From Marispirochaeta sp. (GTDB lineage: Bacteria; Spirochaetota; Spirochaetia; JC444; Marispirochaetaceae): a stretch of DNA of 64,000 bases. A model generated the notes under the pieces. That model was not told the origin of the DNA, did not search any database, and was given only the letters and a program-made list of their open reading frames with translations. The position numbers were made by a program, and so were the translations under genes. The stretch spans positions 704,001 to 768,000 of the forward strand of contig CAXXFF010000002.1 of NCBI GenBank assembly GCA_963676835.2, read 5' to 3'. Numbering within the stretch: position 1 is the stretch's first letter; each line of letters starts with the position of its first letter. Of the stretch, positions 47,601-59,043 are shown piece after piece.

Positions 47601-49595
47601 CTAAAACTCTTCAAAATTTTCGTCTTCATCATCCATTGCGGAGTCTTCCTCAAGCAGGGAGACTCCCACAATTTCTTCCTCTTTTCGTGACGGCTGGCTT
47701 TTAACCACCCGCTGCACAGGAGCCGCCGGCAGTCTTTTGGGTGCCGGTGCGGGGGATGAATAGCCTGCACCGCTGTCATTGTTGATCTTGAAGAATCCCA
47801 TGGTGTCCTGAAGATGGTCCGACTGGCTGGAAAGCTCTTCGGCGGTGGCAGCCAGCTCCTCTGAAGAGGAGGCGTTATGCTGGATTACCTGGTCAAGCTG
47901 CATAATGGCTGTATTTATCTGACCTGCGCCCAGGGCCTGTTCCCGGCTTGATGCATTAATCTCCTGAACAAGGTCTGCAGTCTGCTGAATATTCTTCACC
48001 AGGGTCTCGATTCGTACCCCGGCGGTTTCGGCGATTTCGACTGAACTTGATGAGAGTTCGGTGATATCCGCCGCCGCCACCTGGCTTCGTTCTGCCAGCT
48101 TGCGCACTTCCGAGGCCACCACAGCAAAGCCCTTGCCCGCTTCACCTGCCCGGGCAGCTTCTATTGCCGCATTAAGGGCAAGCATATTGGTCTGGCGCGA
48201 AATCTCCTCGATGATATTGATTTTCTCGCTTATCTGACGCATGGCTTCGACGGTTTTCTGAACCGCTTCACCGCTTTCATTGGCCTCTCTGGCCGCCTGC
48301 TGGGCAATAGCGTCGGTGCTGACTGCATTGTCGGAGTTCTGTTTTATGCTTGAATCCATCTCCTCCATGGAGGATGAGACCTCTTCTGCAGCTGAAGCCT
48401 GCTCCGTTGCTCCTTCAGAAAGCTGCTGGGCGGAATTGGAAAGCTCCCGGCTGCCGGTGGAAACATAGCCTGCGGCGGTTTTTACATCCGCAACAATTTC
48501 GTTAAGATGCCCGATCATATCCGACAGGCTGTTGGCGAGCTTGCCTATCTCATCTCCCCGCTTGATATCCACCTCAATAGTAAGATCGCCCTGGCTTATT
48601 GCCTGAGTAAGCTGCTGTACCCGAATAATCGGTTTCGTAATGGTACGGGAGAAGAGGATATAGATGACTATAGCCAAGATAAGCGCGCTGAAACTTATAA
48701 TCCCTATAATAAAACCAAGCCGGTATACGGGAGACAGATACTCTTCGTCTGGAATAGTTAAATTGATTGTCCATCCAGTCATTCCCATGTGGTAGAATCC
48801 GGAGGTTTTATCAACACCTAGATAGGTGTATCGTTCGATACCGCTCTTATCGGTTTTCAGTTTCGATGCGTAGATCTCCATTCCTTCAAGTTTGTTAACA
48901 TCGGATTTCATTATGGTTGCCGGATCGGGATGTGCAATGAATATTCCGTTTCTGTCGAGAATATAGGCATATCCGCTTTCTCCGATGGTACTTTCCGCCA
49001 CCAGCTGTGAGAGATGCCCAATACTGACCAGACTGGCAACAACACCAACAATCTGCTTTGATTCTGAGTAGACCGGAGAAGCTACGGCAACAAAAGGATC
49101 ATTGGTAACTTTATTCAGTACGGGTTCACTTATGACTGTTTTGCCCTTCGAGGCATTCTGAAAATAGTCCCGCTCTTTGATTATGACTCCATTAAAAGAG
49201 GGTTCTGAGGATGCTGTTATTTCTCCTTGCATATTGGCCACCACAATAGCCTGATATTTGTCTTCAAACCCGGGATTATCCAACATCCGAACTAAATCCT
49301 GTCTGGTCTTTTCCAGTATGGGTATTCCATCTTCCGTTTCCTGACTGTTTTTCAGGCTTTCGATTATGGAACTTTGGGAAGATAGAGCGCCAACAAGCCG
49401 CATCTCTGTGTCAAAAGTGTTTTCAAGACCCACTGTAATATCCCGCGTACGGGAGAGAATCTGGCTGTCTATCTGGTCTTCCACCGCAGAGGCAGCTTCA
49501 AATATTGCCAGCAGGCTGACTCCCGCCAGTGGTATTAGAATAATTAATGCTCCTATAAGAGATAATTTAGCTCCCAGAGACATGTTCCGTATCAT
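47601..49595 (-). CDS. Methyl-accepting chemotaxis protein with dCache sensor
   Basis: ERDYFQ and [16 protein letters not shown]ache motifs; [28 protein letters not shown]-terminal NFEEF pentapeptide. Confidence 0.95.
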   Translation of the reverse strand: MIRNMSLGAKLSLIGALIILIPLAGVSLLAIFEAASAVEDQIDSQILSRTRDITVGLENTFDTEMRLVGALSSQSSIIESLKNSQETEDGIPILEKTRQDLVRMLDNPGFEDKYQAIVVANMQGEITASSEPSFNGVIIKERDYFQNASKGKTVISEPVLNKVTNDPFVAVASPVYSESKQIVGVVASLVSIGHLSQLVAESTIGESGYAYILDRNGIFIAHPDPATIMKSDVNKLEGMEIYASKLKTDKSGIERYTYLGVDKTSGFYHMGMTGWTINLTIPDEEYLSPVYRLGFIIGIISFSALILAIVIYILFSRTITKPIIRVQQLTQAISQGDLTIEVDIKRGDEIGKLANSLSDMIGHLNEIVADVKTAAGYVSTGSRELSNSAQQLSEGATEQASAAEEVSSSMEEMDSSIKQNSDNAVSTDAIAQQAAREANESGEAVQKTVEAMRQISEKINIIEEISRQTNMLALNAAIEAARAGEAGKGFAVVASEVRKLAERSQVAAADITELSSSSVEIAETAGVRIETLVKNIQQTADLVQEINASSREQALGAGQINTAIMQLDQVIQHNASSSEELAATAEELSSQSDHLQDTMGFFKINNDSGAGYSSPAPAPKRLPAAPVQRVVKSQPSRKEEEIVGVSLLEEDSAMDDEDENFEEF

Positions 49596-49721
49596 AGGCT
49601 GCTCCTTGTATCTACCCAAAATTGTAAGCAATAGCCTGTCGAATCGCAAATTTCAGGTGATTTTTGCACCAAATTCCGCCACATGCTTGAACCGGTCCTG
49701 ATGAGGCCATACAATTAGCAT

Positions 49722-50225
49722 GTGAATAATATGGAATCCCTATTGAAAAGCCTGGAAGAGCGGGCCCGTAAAAACGAAAAAGACCAGACAAAGTATCTCC
49801 GCCGCCTGCGGGAGAAGAACCCGAAGAAGCTGGATGAGATGTTCCGGCGGCTCCACGACGAGGTCTTCGCCGAGATGGACTGTCTGGACTGCGCCAACTG
49901 CTGTAAAACCATAAGTCCCCGCTTTATGCAGCGGGATATTGACCGCATTGCAAAACACCTGAACATGCATCCCAAAACCTTTCGGATTCAGTATCTCGAC
50001 CTGGATGAGGATGAAGACTGGGTTCTGAAGAAGACTCCCTGTCCTTTTCTGGGGGCGGACAATTACTGCTCCATATATGAGGTGCGGCCCAAGGCCTGTC
50101 AGGAGTATCCCCATACCAATGTGAAGAATATGCGGGGGCATCTGGTGCTTGCCAGGAGTAATCTGCCTGTATGCCCTGCGGTATATGAGATTGTGGAGAT
50201 GATTCGCAAGGAGTATCCCCTCTAA
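49722..50225 (+). CDS. YkgJ-family CxxCxxCC cysteine-cluster protein
   Basis: DCLDCANCC and PCPFL..NYCSIYEVRPKACQEYP. Confidence 0.88.
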   Translation: MNNMESLLKSLEERARKNEKDQTKYLRRLREKNPKKLDEMFRRLHDEVFAEMDCLDCANCCKTISPRFMQRDIDRIAKHLNMHPKTFRIQYLDLDEDEDWVLKKTPCPFLGADNYCSIYEVRPKACQEYPHTNVKNMRGHLVLARSNLPVCPAVYEIVEMIRKEYPL

Positions 50226-50229
50226 GAGC

Positions 50230-51840
50230 ATGAACGGTATGAAGGGTAATAACATCAGCAGTCAGCAAAACCGTATTCAGCTTTTGAAGAGTTGCTGTAC
50301 CCGGGGGATTCTCTATCTGCTGCTCTTTTATTCCCTGGTTATCCCCCTTTTCATGCTGCTTCTATCTCAGCGCAGGCAGGCCAGGGAATCAATCCTTTTA
50401 CAGGAAGACCAGCTGCGTATTTCCACGGTGGCATCCGAATTTCGCACCACCTTCGATGCGGTAATGGGAGATGCGGAATACTTCGCCCACAGCAGTACCA
50501 TTGTCCACTATCTTTCCGGACAGATGGATGAGTCCTATACTGCAAACGATTTTGTCAGTTTTGCATTAATTCGCGGCGTCTATGACCAGATCCGGCTGAT
50601 TGACCTGGCGGGACAGGAGATTATCCGGGTAAATTACAGTTTCAAAGATGGTGCCCGTCTGGTTCCCCGGGAGGAACTGCAGAATAAAATGCACCGCTAC
50701 TACTTTGATAATGCCCTGACGCTGGACCCGGGGGAACTCTATATTTCTCCCCTGGATCTGAATATTGAACATCAGCAGGTTGAACTGCCTTTTAAGCCGA
50801 TGATCCGCCTGAGTACTCCCGTGGCAGGGCCCGACGGAGAGGTTGAGGCGGTGCTTGTTCTCAACTATCTGGCACAGGAGCTGATTCAGCTGATGAGCCA
50901 CTTTCGGGTCAGTGATGACAACGAGTCGATGATTCTCAATGCCGACGGATTCTGGCTGTACAGTTCTGTGCCAAGAGATGAGTGGGGATTTATGTTTCCC
51001 GAAAAGGAGCAGACCGGATTCTTTTCCTATTTTCCTGCTCTCTGGGAAAAGATCATGCTTAAGGGCTCCGGACAGATGAATATGAACGGCGATTATTACA
51101 CCTTTCAGGGGCTTCAGTTCCGGCCTAATCCGGAGATGTCGCCGGATCTCTACCTTGTACATAAATCATCGGGAGGGATCATACGGCAGGCTTTGTCCAA
51201 TTTTTACTCTGCCTTTTACCTGGTATTGGCAGCGGGCACAATCATCTCTCTGCTTCTCGCCTATATTCATGCTATCCGGATACGAGAGGGACAGACCATA
51301 CGCTATATGGCTCTGCATGATTCATTAACCGGTCTTGTAAACCGCAAGCTGCTTATGGACCGGCTGCGACAGTCCCTCTATTCTCTTTCCAGAAGAAGCC
51401 GGGGTCTGGCTGTATTGTTTATTGATCAGGATAACTTCAAGTCCATCAATGATACCCTCGGGCATGAGGCGGGAGACCGGTATCTGCAGCGCTTTGCCGC
51501 CACGGTAAAACCGCTGCTGCGCAAAAGTGATACCATGGCCCGCATGGGGGGAGATGAGTTTGTCATTCTTCTGGAAGATGTGGCCAGCCGGGCGGAGATT
51601 GAAATAGTTGCAGATAAGATGTTTAAGGCGTTTCGGGAAACGAAGGAGTCTACGGAATCGGATGACCTCCCGCCATTTTCTATAAGTATGGGAGCTGCGC
51701 TGGCGCTGTCCGGAAATGAAGATCCCGATACCCTTCTGGTTCATGCCGACAAGGCTATGTACTATGCAAAAAAGAATGGAAAAAACCGTATTGCCTTCTG
51801 GGATGAAAAGTCGGAGGAGCAGAAAGTACATCTGGTCTGA
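50230..51840 (+). CDS. Cache-sensor diguanylate cyclase (GGDEF)
   Basis: HDSLTGLVNR, DNFKSINDTLGHEAGD and RMGGDEF; two TMs flank a Cache-like domain. Confidence 0.92.
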   Translation: MNGMKGNNISSQQNRIQLLKSCCTRGILYLLLFYSLVIPLFMLLLSQRRQARESILLQEDQLRISTVASEFRTTFDAVMGDAEYFAHSSTIVHYLSGQMDESYTANDFVSFALIRGVYDQIRLIDLAGQEIIRVNYSFKDGARLVPREELQNKMHRYYFDNALTLDPGELYISPLDLNIEHQQVELPFKPMIRLSTPVAGPDGEVEAVLVLNYLAQELIQLMSHFRVSDDNESMILNADGFWLYSSVPRDEWGFMFPEKEQTGFFSYFPALWEKIMLKGSGQMNMNGDYYTFQGLQFRPNPEMSPDLYLVHKSSGGIIRQALSNFYSAFYLVLAAGTIISLLLAYIHAIRIREGQTIRYMALHDSLTGLVNRKLLMDRLRQSLYSLSRRSRGLAVLFIDQDNFKSINDTLGHEAGDRYLQRFAATVKPLLRKSDTMARMGGDEFVILLEDVASRAEIEIVADKMFKAFRETKESTESDDLPPFSISMGAALALSGNEDPDTLLVHADKAMYYAKKNGKNRIAFWDEKSEEQKVHLV

Positions 51841-51867
51841 CTGCCCGTCCTGTAGTACCTTATATGT

Positions 51868-53172
51868 ATGCTAGTAAGCGAATTAATTGAGAAAAAGCGC
51901 AATGGGAAAGAGCTATCTTCAGAGGAAATCAGCTTTCTTATTCGAGGTTATGTAGAAGAATCCATTCCGGACTATCAGGTATCCGCACTGCTGATGGCTA
52001 TCTGGTTTAAAGGGATGAATGCCCGTGAGACCAGTGATCTTACCCTGGAAATGATGCGGTCCGGTGATGTTATCGACCTGGGCATGATTTCGGGGATCAA
52101 GGTGGATAAACACTCCACCGGCGGAGTTGCTGATACCACCACTCTGGTTGCGGCTCCCCTGGCGGCCGCCTGCGGGGCCAGGGTTGCCAAAATGTCCGGC
52201 CGGGGTCTGGGTCATACCGGGGGAACCCTGGATAAGCTGGAATCCATTCCCGGGTTTTCAATTCAGCAGAGCATGAGCCGTTTTGCCGAAATTGTCGGTA
52301 AAGAAGGCCTCGCTGTTATAGGCCAGACAGCCAATCTTGTTCCTGCAGACAAACGCCTGTATGCGCTCCGGGATGTAACTGCCACAGTGGATAATATCTC
52401 CCTTATTGCCTCAAGCATAATGAGTAAAAAACTTGCCGCCGGAAGTGATGCCATTGTTCTGGATGTTAAAACCGGCTCCGGTGCGTTTATGAAAACCGAG
52501 AAGGATGCCTTTGCCCTGGCTGAGGCCATGGTTGAAATAGGGAAAAGTGCCGGCAAGGGTGTCTCCGCCCTGGTTACGGATATGAGTCAGCCCCTGGGGA
52601 ACGCCGTCGGAAATGCCCTTGAGGTGCGTGAAGCGGTGGAAATCCTTCAGGGACATCATCTGAACGGTGATCTTGCCCGGGTATCCTTTGCCCTGGCCTC
52701 AAGAATGCTGGTCTCTTCAGGTATCTGTTCCGCGGAAGAGGCCGACGGGCGTCTCAGAGAGGCCGTGGAGGAAGGTTCCGGCCTCGAACGGCTTAAAGGG
52801 ATGATTACCGCCCAGGGCGGGAATGCGGATGTCTGTACAGACACTTCTCTGCTGCCTTCAGCGAGACAGTGTTACACAATCGAGGCTGTGGAAAGCGGAT
52901 ATATCAGCTCCATGGATACCGACCGTATTGGAATTTCCGCCCTGCTTCTGGGTGCGGGAAGGCGGAAAAAAGAGGATGCCATCGATCCTGCAGTGGGAAT
53001 CTGGATGAAAAAACGTCTCGGCGACCGGGTTTCCGCAGGGGATGCCCTGGCCGATTTTTATGTAAATGACGAAACAAGCCTGGAAGAGGCGGTGGCCGAT
53101 TTTACCGCAGCGGTACATATCCGCAGCGAAAAACCGGAACTGCCTGAACTTATCCGGGGAATAGTGGAGTAG
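51868..53172 (+). CDS. pdp: Pyrimidine-nucleoside/thymidine phosphorylase
   Basis: DKHSTGGV, KMSGRGLGHTGGTLDKLESIPG and LYALRDVTATV. Confidence 0.95.
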   Translation: MLVSELIEKKRNGKELSSEEISFLIRGYVEESIPDYQVSALLMAIWFKGMNARETSDLTLEMMRSGDVIDLGMISGIKVDKHSTGGVADTTTLVAAPLAAACGARVAKMSGRGLGHTGGTLDKLESIPGFSIQQSMSRFAEIVGKEGLAVIGQTANLVPADKRLYALRDVTATVDNISLIASSIMSKKLAAGSDAIVLDVKTGSGAFMKTEKDAFALAEAMVEIGKSAGKGVSALVTDMSQPLGNAVGNALEVREAVEILQGHHLNGDLARVSFALASRMLVSSGICSAEEADGRLREAVEEGSGLERLKGMITAQGGNADVCTDTSLLPSARQCYTIEAVESGYISSMDTDRIGISALLLGAGRRKKEDAIDPAVGIWMKKRLGDRVSAGDALADFYVNDETSLEEAVADFTAAVHIRSEKPELPELIRGIVE

Positions 53173-53176
53173 AAGA

Positions 53177-54367
53177 ATGAACATTGTACACCGGGCAACG
53201 GTCCTGGTAATTGACAGCTTTGGTATCGGAGAGGCTCCGGACGCTGAAGCCTTTGGAGATGCAGGAGCCAATACAGCGCTGCATATCTGTGAAAAAGCAA
53301 AAAAAGTAGAATGGCAGAACCTGCAGAACCTTGGGTTGGGAAATGCAGCAGGTTTACTTGGCACCTCTCTTCCCGGCTGCCCTGCGGCGGCTGAACCTGC
53401 AGCTTCCTGGGGTGTGCTGCAGGAGGTTTCTCCGGGAAAGGATACCACCACAGGCCACTGGGAGCTTGCGGGACTGGAGCTTGAAAATCCTTTTTTTACC
53501 TTTCCTCCGGAGTACCCCTCCTTTCCGGAAGAACTGACCTCCGAGCTGACCCGCCGCACCGGGCGGGGGGTAATCGGAAACTGTGCCGCATCGGGCACTG
53601 CCATTATCGATGAACTCGGTGCACAGCACATGCAGACCGGCGATCTTATCTGCTATACCTCGGCGGACTCTGTTTTCCAGATTGCCGCCCATGAAGAGAT
53701 TGTACCCCTGGAAGAACTCTACAGCATCTGTGCCATAGCAAGAGAACTCTGCGACACCTATTCCCTGGCCCGGGTAATTGCCCGGCCGTTTATAGGCAAA
53801 CCTGGAGATTTTTCCAGAACAAAAAACCGCCGGGACTTTTCCCTTGCGCTGCCGGGTGAAACCATTCTTGAACACCTGAATAAAGCCGGCGTCAACACCG
53901 TGGGAGTGGGAAAAATCGGCGATATATTCAATGAGAAGGGCTTGAGTGAAAGCTACCACGACAAAGGGAATCCAGCCTGTCTGGAACGGACAAAAGAACT
54001 CCTTGCCCGCAAACCTGCAGCAGGGGGTGAGTTTCTCTTTGTGAACCTGGTGGACACCGACATGATTTACGGTCACCGCAGGGATCCCCAGGGCTATCAC
54101 GATGCGGTAGCCGCTGTAGATAAGAAAATCCCGGAACTGATCGACCTGCTTGGAGAGGATGAACTGCTTATCATTACCGCAGATCACGGCTGCGATCCCA
54201 CCTTCAGAGGCACTGATCATACCCGGGAGTATGTTCCCATGCTTCTTTATCGTAAAGGTGCAGTTCCGGGATCCCTTGGAATCCGCCGGGGCTTCTATGA
54301 TCTTGCCGCCAGTCTGGCCGATTACTTTGAGTCCGGGGCCTTCCCGAAAGGGGCATCCATGTTATGA
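53177..54367 (+). CDS. deoB: Phosphopentomutase
   Basis: VIDSFGIG, GKDTTTGHWE, YTSADSVFQIAAHE, YGHRRD and ADHGCDPT..TDHTRE. Confidence 0.96.
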   Translation: MNIVHRATVLVIDSFGIGEAPDAEAFGDAGANTALHICEKAKKVEWQNLQNLGLGNAAGLLGTSLPGCPAAAEPAASWGVLQEVSPGKDTTTGHWELAGLELENPFFTFPPEYPSFPEELTSELTRRTGRGVIGNCAASGTAIIDELGAQHMQTGDLICYTSADSVFQIAAHEEIVPLEELYSICAIARELCDTYSLARVIARPFIGKPGDFSRTKNRRDFSLALPGETILEHLNKAGVNTVGVGKIGDIFNEKGLSESYHDKGNPACLERTKELLARKPAAGGEFLFVNLVDTDMIYGHRRDPQGYHDAVAAVDKKIPELIDLLGEDELLIITADHGCDPTFRGTDHTREYVPMLLYRKGAVPGSLGIRRGFYDLAASLADYFESGAFPKGASML

Positions 54368-54453
54368 TACCCCTGTATCCCCGGGGTTCTGTGATACAAT
54401 GGGGTATATTTCATAATGATTTAAAGCGTCCGTTAAAGTGAGGGACAGACAGA

Positions 54454-56910
54454 ATGAAACGTAAATTGTTCTTAATTACTATTGCTGCACTTTTTATGCT
54501 TACCGGCCTGTTCGCCGGAGGCAACAAGGAAGTCCCGGAGGTTCCGCCGGTATCCTCTGGTACCCAGTATATTTCGCCCAATGGGGACGGTGTGCAGGAT
54601 TCGGCTACCCTGGCATTTACCGCCAAGGTATATGTAAAGAGTAAAGAGGGATACATTCCCGAATACGGAATCCAGATTTTTAACGAGTCCGGGAAGCTGG
54701 TTCATGAGGTTGTTGAAAAAGAGCCTTCCGATGTGAACTGGTTTTTTGCTCTCTTCCGGGGTTATGACCTTTTCGAGCTTGAAAAAGAGATTACCTGGGA
54801 CGGCATGGATAAGTCCGGAAAACAGGTTACCGACGGTATCTACAAGGTCAAACTCTACGTGGTTGACTCTTCGGATAACCGCAGTGAAGTGGATGTAGAA
54901 AACTTTATTGTCGATGTTCTGCCTCCTGAAGCAGAAATTACCGCTCCTCCCATGGATCTTTTCAGCCCCAATGGCGACGGAGTTGCAGATGTCTATATTA
55001 TCCAGCAGACCGGGTCTGAAGAGAACGAGTGGAAAGGCTCCTTCCTCAATGCCGCAGGAACAGTTGTGCGCAGCTACAGCTGGACCGATTCTGCTCCCGG
55101 AGATGTGCTATGGGACGGCAAGAACGATCAGGGGACTAAAGTAGATGACGGCATCTACAGCTACTCCCTGAAATCCACAGACCTGGCGGGAAACGAATCA
55201 GAAGAATATACCATTGAGGAAATTGTTCTGAATGCCCGTACTCCGGCGATCTCCCTGGAAGTGGATAATGCCTATTTCTCTCCCAACGGCGACGGTGTGA
55301 AGGATACCGTAACGGTAAGCACCAGTGTGGAAAACAGTGACGAGGTAGTCTCCTGGTCCGGCTCAATTCTCAGTGACAACCAGAAGACCCTGGCTGTGAT
55401 AAATGCCGAAGGGGGCGTCCCCGAGAGCTACCTGCTTACAGGCTACTCCGAGAATGGGGAGCGGCTTCCGGAAGGATTTTATACCATCAGATATACCGTA
55501 ACCTACGATAACGGGTTCTCCACCTCCGCAGAGCGGCGGGTGCGTCTGGATGTTACAAAGCCGGAGGTTGAAATCCGCTACGATCATGTCTTCTCTCCCA
55601 ATGGCGACGGCCAGAATGACTTCAATGATATTGCCATACGGCCATCGGAAAATGTCTCCTGGGAAGGTCAGATCCTGGACAGCAGCGCCAATGTTCTGTT
55701 TCAGGGAAGCGGTAACGAGATTATCCGCCAGTTCCGCTGGGACGGTTATGGCCCCGACGGCCAGGTACTCCCCGACGGTGCCTATTTTGTCAAAGGTGTA
55801 TTCACCGATCCTGCGGGCAACCGCTTTGTCCCTGACCCTATCGAGGTTGATATCGATAACCGGCCGGTAAGTATTGCCATGACCACCCCCAAAGGCTTCT
55901 CTCCCAACAGCGACGGCGAAGAGGATGTTCTGCCGGTGATTCTTGAGCCGACCCTCAATGCGGAAGTGGCCAACTGGAAAGTCTCCTTCGAGAATCTCGA
56001 TGGAGTTGTCATGAAGAGCTATACCGGTACCGGGGAACTTCCGGATACCGTATTCTGGGACGGCTCCCAGGAGGGCTCTTCCGGCCTGGCTGCGGAAGGA
56101 TTCTATTCCGCCTATATGAAGACCGTCTATGCCAAGGGCGATGTGGTCGAACTCCGGTCCGACAGTTTCACCCTGGACAATACTCCGCCGAAAGTACGGC
56201 TTGCGGTTACATCCAAACCCTTTGCCCAGTCAAATGGAGATATTGAGGGTGAGGTAACAGTAGCCATAGAGGTTGAAGAAGAGACCGGTGTAGCTGAATG
56301 GACCATGGATATTCTCAACAGCAAAGGTGAAGTTATCCGCAGCTATGCCGGAAACGGAGATCCTGCTGATCAGATTTCCTGGAACGGTACGGTAAGCAAT
56401 GGTTCTCCGGCGGATCCTCAGGATAACTATGATGTCCGGGTAACTATTACCGATATGGGCGGTAACTCTGCCACCTACACCGAGGCTCTGCCCTTTGATA
56501 TCGCTATTATCGTACGTAACGGTAAATACTATATCCTTACACCGAACATCATTTTCGGTGCCTACAAGTCTGCCCTCAACTCAGCAGGGGAAGTTATGCT
56601 GAAGAACAACAACGACTCCATAGAGCGGGCCGCAGAAATTCTTAAGCGCTATCCTGATTATAACCTGGTGCTGGAAGGACATGCCCTGAACATCTACCTT
56701 GACGGTCCGAGAGAAGACCGGGAAGAAGCCATTCTGGTTCCCCTGACCGAGAAGCGTGCCGCAGTGGTTCGCGATGCCCTGATTGAAGCGGGAATTGATC
56801 CCGACCGCATCAGCATTGAGGCCTTCGGCGGAGAGTTCCCCATAGTTTCTGTCACCGACAAAATGATCTGGTGGAAAAACCGGCGGGTTGAGTTCCGGCT
56901 GGAAAAATAG
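54454..56910 (+). CDS. Exported protein with repeated FlgD-Ig-like modules and a C-terminal OmpA peptidoglycan-binding domain
   Basis: Signal peptide; five SPN(G/S)DG motifs with WDG motifs; LEGHA..LTEKRAAVVRDAL..KNRRVEF OmpA-C domain. Confidence 0.88.
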   Translation: MKRKLFLITIAALFMLTGLFAGGNKEVPEVPPVSSGTQYISPNGDGVQDSATLAFTAKVYVKSKEGYIPEYGIQIFNESGKLVHEVVEKEPSDVNWFFALFRGYDLFELEKEITWDGMDKSGKQVTDGIYKVKLYVVDSSDNRSEVDVENFIVDVLPPEAEITAPPMDLFSPNGDGVADVYIIQQTGSEENEWKGSFLNAAGTVVRSYSWTDSAPGDVLWDGKNDQGTKVDDGIYSYSLKSTDLAGNESEEYTIEEIVLNARTPAISLEVDNAYFSPNGDGVKDTVTVSTSVENSDEVVSWSGSILSDNQKTLAVINAEGGVPESYLLTGYSENGERLPEGFYTIRYTVTYDNGFSTSAERRVRLDVTKPEVEIRYDHVFSPNGDGQNDFNDIAIRPSENVSWEGQILDSSANVLFQGSGNEIIRQFRWDGYGPDGQVLPDGAYFVKGVFTDPAGNRFVPDPIEVDIDNRPVSIAMTTPKGFSPNSDGEEDVLPVILEPTLNAEVANWKVSFENLDGVVMKSYTGTGELPDTVFWDGSQEGSSGLAAEGFYSAYMKTVYAKGDVVELRSDSFTLDNTPPKVRLAVTSKPFAQSNGDIEGEVTVAIEVEEETGVAEWTMDILNSKGEVIRSYAGNGDPADQISWNGTVSNGSPADPQDNYDVRVTITDMGGNSATYTEALPFDIAIIVRNGKYYILTPNIIFGAYKSALNSAGEVMLKNNNDSIERAAEILKRYPDYNLVLEGHALNIYLDGPREDREEAILVPLTEKRAAVVRDALIEAGIDPDRISIEAFGGEFPIVSVTDKMIWWKNRRVEFRLEK

Positions 56911-56931
56911 CAGAATATTTATAACTAAACT

Positions 56932-56968
56932 GTGGAGACGCCCAATTTGGGCGTCTTCACTCTTTTTT
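56932..56968. terminator. Intrinsic terminator between convergent genes
   Basis: GTGGAGACGCCCA..TGGGCGTCTTCAC hairpin followed by TCTTTTTT. Confidence 0.8.
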
Positions 56969-58388
56969 ATCTGTGCTTCAATGGGAACTCAACCGAAAAG
57001 CAGACCCCGCCGTGCGGCAGGTTTTCCACCGCAGCTCTGCCCCCGTGGGCTTCGGTAACCGCTTTTACCAGGCTGAGACCAAGACCCAGGCCGGATACTC
57101 CGGTATCGGCACCCCGGTAAAGACGGTCCCATATCCTGGGGAGATCATCTTCGCTTATCCTGGGGCCCTGATTGCTTATTTTCAGCTGAAACAGGTTCTT
57201 CTCATCCAGGACCCGGCCGCTTACTTCTATCTGTCCCTTTTCCGGGGAAAACTTGACTGCGTTATCCAGTAAATTTCCCGCTGCCTGACTGAACCGGGCC
57301 GGGTCTGCATAGATTATCTCCGGGAATGTGCCGGATAGTTCAATCTGTATATCCCTGTCTGCACCGGCGAAACTGTATATTTCAACCAGCTTTTCCAGGA
57401 CTTGCCGGGGGTGCATTTTTTCTCGATGCAGCTTGAGAATCCCCGATTCTGCCTCGGAAATATCCATCAGGGCTGTCAGCAGGGTCAGAATTCGTTCTGA
57501 CTCTTCCAGGGCGTCTGAAAGGGCTTCCTCCCGCTGATTCTCATTGCTGCTTTGAAGCGCAAGTTCCGCTCCTCCCCGAAGGCGGGTTAAGGGAGTCCGC
57601 AGGTCGTGGGCTACGGCATCCAGGGTTTCTTTCATCCGCGAGACGAGTCCTTCAATGCGGTCCAGGAGGCGGTTGAAGCTGACAGAGAGTTCGTCTATCT
57701 CATCTCCTGTATTTCTGTCCGGAAGCCGGGAGCTTAAATCTCCGGTGGAAGTAATCTCTTTCAGGGAAAAAGAGAGCCTGCGTATGGGGGCAACCGCCCG
57801 GGAGGCCAGAATCAGGCCTGCACTGAGGCCGAATACCAGCACAAAGGCCAGGAAAAAGAGAAAGTTCCGGCGGTAAAGAGCAAGTAGGGCTTCCCGTTTT
57901 TCGCTGCTGGTGCCTACCTGCAGCAGGTAGTTCTGGTCAAGCTTTATGGTGTTTACCTCCAGAACAAACTCGCGGCCGGGATCTTCTATCTGCAGCTTTT
58001 TTCCAAGATCTTCCGGGGCCTTTGCTTCAAGATATTCGAGTATGGAGAAGGAGTCCCAGTGTTCGGGATAGCTTAAGAACAGGGTGCGGTTTTCCAGGTC
58101 TGCCAGGCGGATAAAAAAGGGGCGGTCGTCAAAGATAAGGCTTTCCGCCTGAAACTCATCCATCAGCCCCTCTATGCCGGTAGCCTGATAGCGGGCCCAG
58201 TAGCTGAGCAGCCGGTCGCGGGCATACTGTTCGTCGTCTGCATTGAGGGAGCGGTAGAGGGTATAAAATGTCCCTCCGAAGAGGATTATCGAAGAGAGAA
58301 TCAGAACCAGGAAGAAAATTCCCGCCAGACGGATGTAAAGGGTAGGAGGCGTCGGATGAAACTTCCTACTCTTCCTGTTTGAGGACAT
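56967..58388 (-). CDS. HAMP-domain sensor histidine kinase
   Basis: AVAHDLRTPLTRL, NLLDNAVKF and GLGLGLSLV. Confidence 0.93.
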   Translation of the reverse strand: MSSNRKSRKFHPTPPTLYIRLAGIFFLVLILSSIILFGGTFYTLYRSLNADDEQYARDRLLSYWARYQATGIEGLMDEFQAESLIFDDRPFFIRLADLENRTLFLSYPEHWDSFSILEYLEAKAPEDLGKKLQIEDPGREFVLEVNTIKLDQNYLLQVGTSSEKREALLALYRRNFLFFLAFVLVFGLSAGLILASRAVAPIRRLSFSLKEITSTGDLSSRLPDRNTGDEIDELSVSFNRLLDRIEGLVSRMKETLDAVAHDLRTPLTRLRGGAELALQSSNENQREEALSDALEESERILTLLTALMDISEAESGILKLHREKMHPRQVLEKLVEIYSFAGADRDIQIELSGTFPEIIYADPARFSQAAGNLLDNAVKFSPEKGQIEVSGRVLDEKNLFQLKISNQGPRISEDDLPRIWDRLYRGADTGVSGLGLGLSLVKAVTEAHGGRAAVENLPHGGVCFSVEFPLKHR

Positions 58389-59043
58389 AGCCCACGCCCC
58401 GTACGGTATGAATCAGTTTCTTTTCGAAGTCCTTGTCTACTTTGCTTCTGAGCCGGGAGACCAGCACATCCACTACATTGGTCTGAGGATCAAATGAGTA
58501 GTCCCAGATGTGCTCCATTATCATGGTTTTGGAAAGTACCTGTCCCTGATTGCGTATAAGGTATTCAAGCAGGGCAAACTCACGGGGCTGCAGATCCAGT
58601 CTGGTTCCGCCCCGGCTTGCCTGATGGCTGATGAGATCGAGCTCAAGATCTCCTGCACTGAAGCGTGATGCTGAAGGGGTGCGGGTGGAGCGGCGGATCA
58701 GCGACTGGACTCTTGCCATGAGCTCGGCAAAAGAGAAGGGCTTTACCAGATAGTCATCCCCTCCGGAGCGGAAGCCTGAGACCCGGTCATCCACATCCCG
58801 TTTTGCACTGAGAATAAGAATTGGTGTCTGGTTTCCCTGGCCTCGCAGGTTCTCTATCAGGGTAAGACCGTCAATACCGGGGAGCATAATGTCCACTATG
58901 GCCGCATCATACTCCCTGCTGCTCATAAGGTCGTAACCGGCTTCTCCGCTGGGGGCATGGTCAACGGCAAATCCCGCTTCTTTCAGCCCTTTTTTAAGGA
59001 AGTCGGCAATGCCGGAATCATCTTCTACTATGCAGATATTCAT
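58366..59043 (-). CDS. OmpR/CusR-type response regulator
   Basis: IVEDD, VDIMLPGIDG, DDYLVKPFSF and IHTVRGVGY. Confidence 0.95.
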   Translation of the reverse strand: MNICIVEDDSGIADFLKKGLKEAGFAVDHAPSGEAGYDLMSSREYDAAIVDIMLPGIDGLTLIENLRGQGNQTPILILSAKRDVDDRVSGFRSGGDDYLVKPFSFAELMARVQSLIRRSTRTPSASRFSAGDLELDLISHQASRGGTRLDLQPREFALLEYLIRNQGQVLSKTMIMEHIWDYSFDPQTNVVDVLVSRLRSKVDKDFEKKLIHTVRGVGYVLKQEE

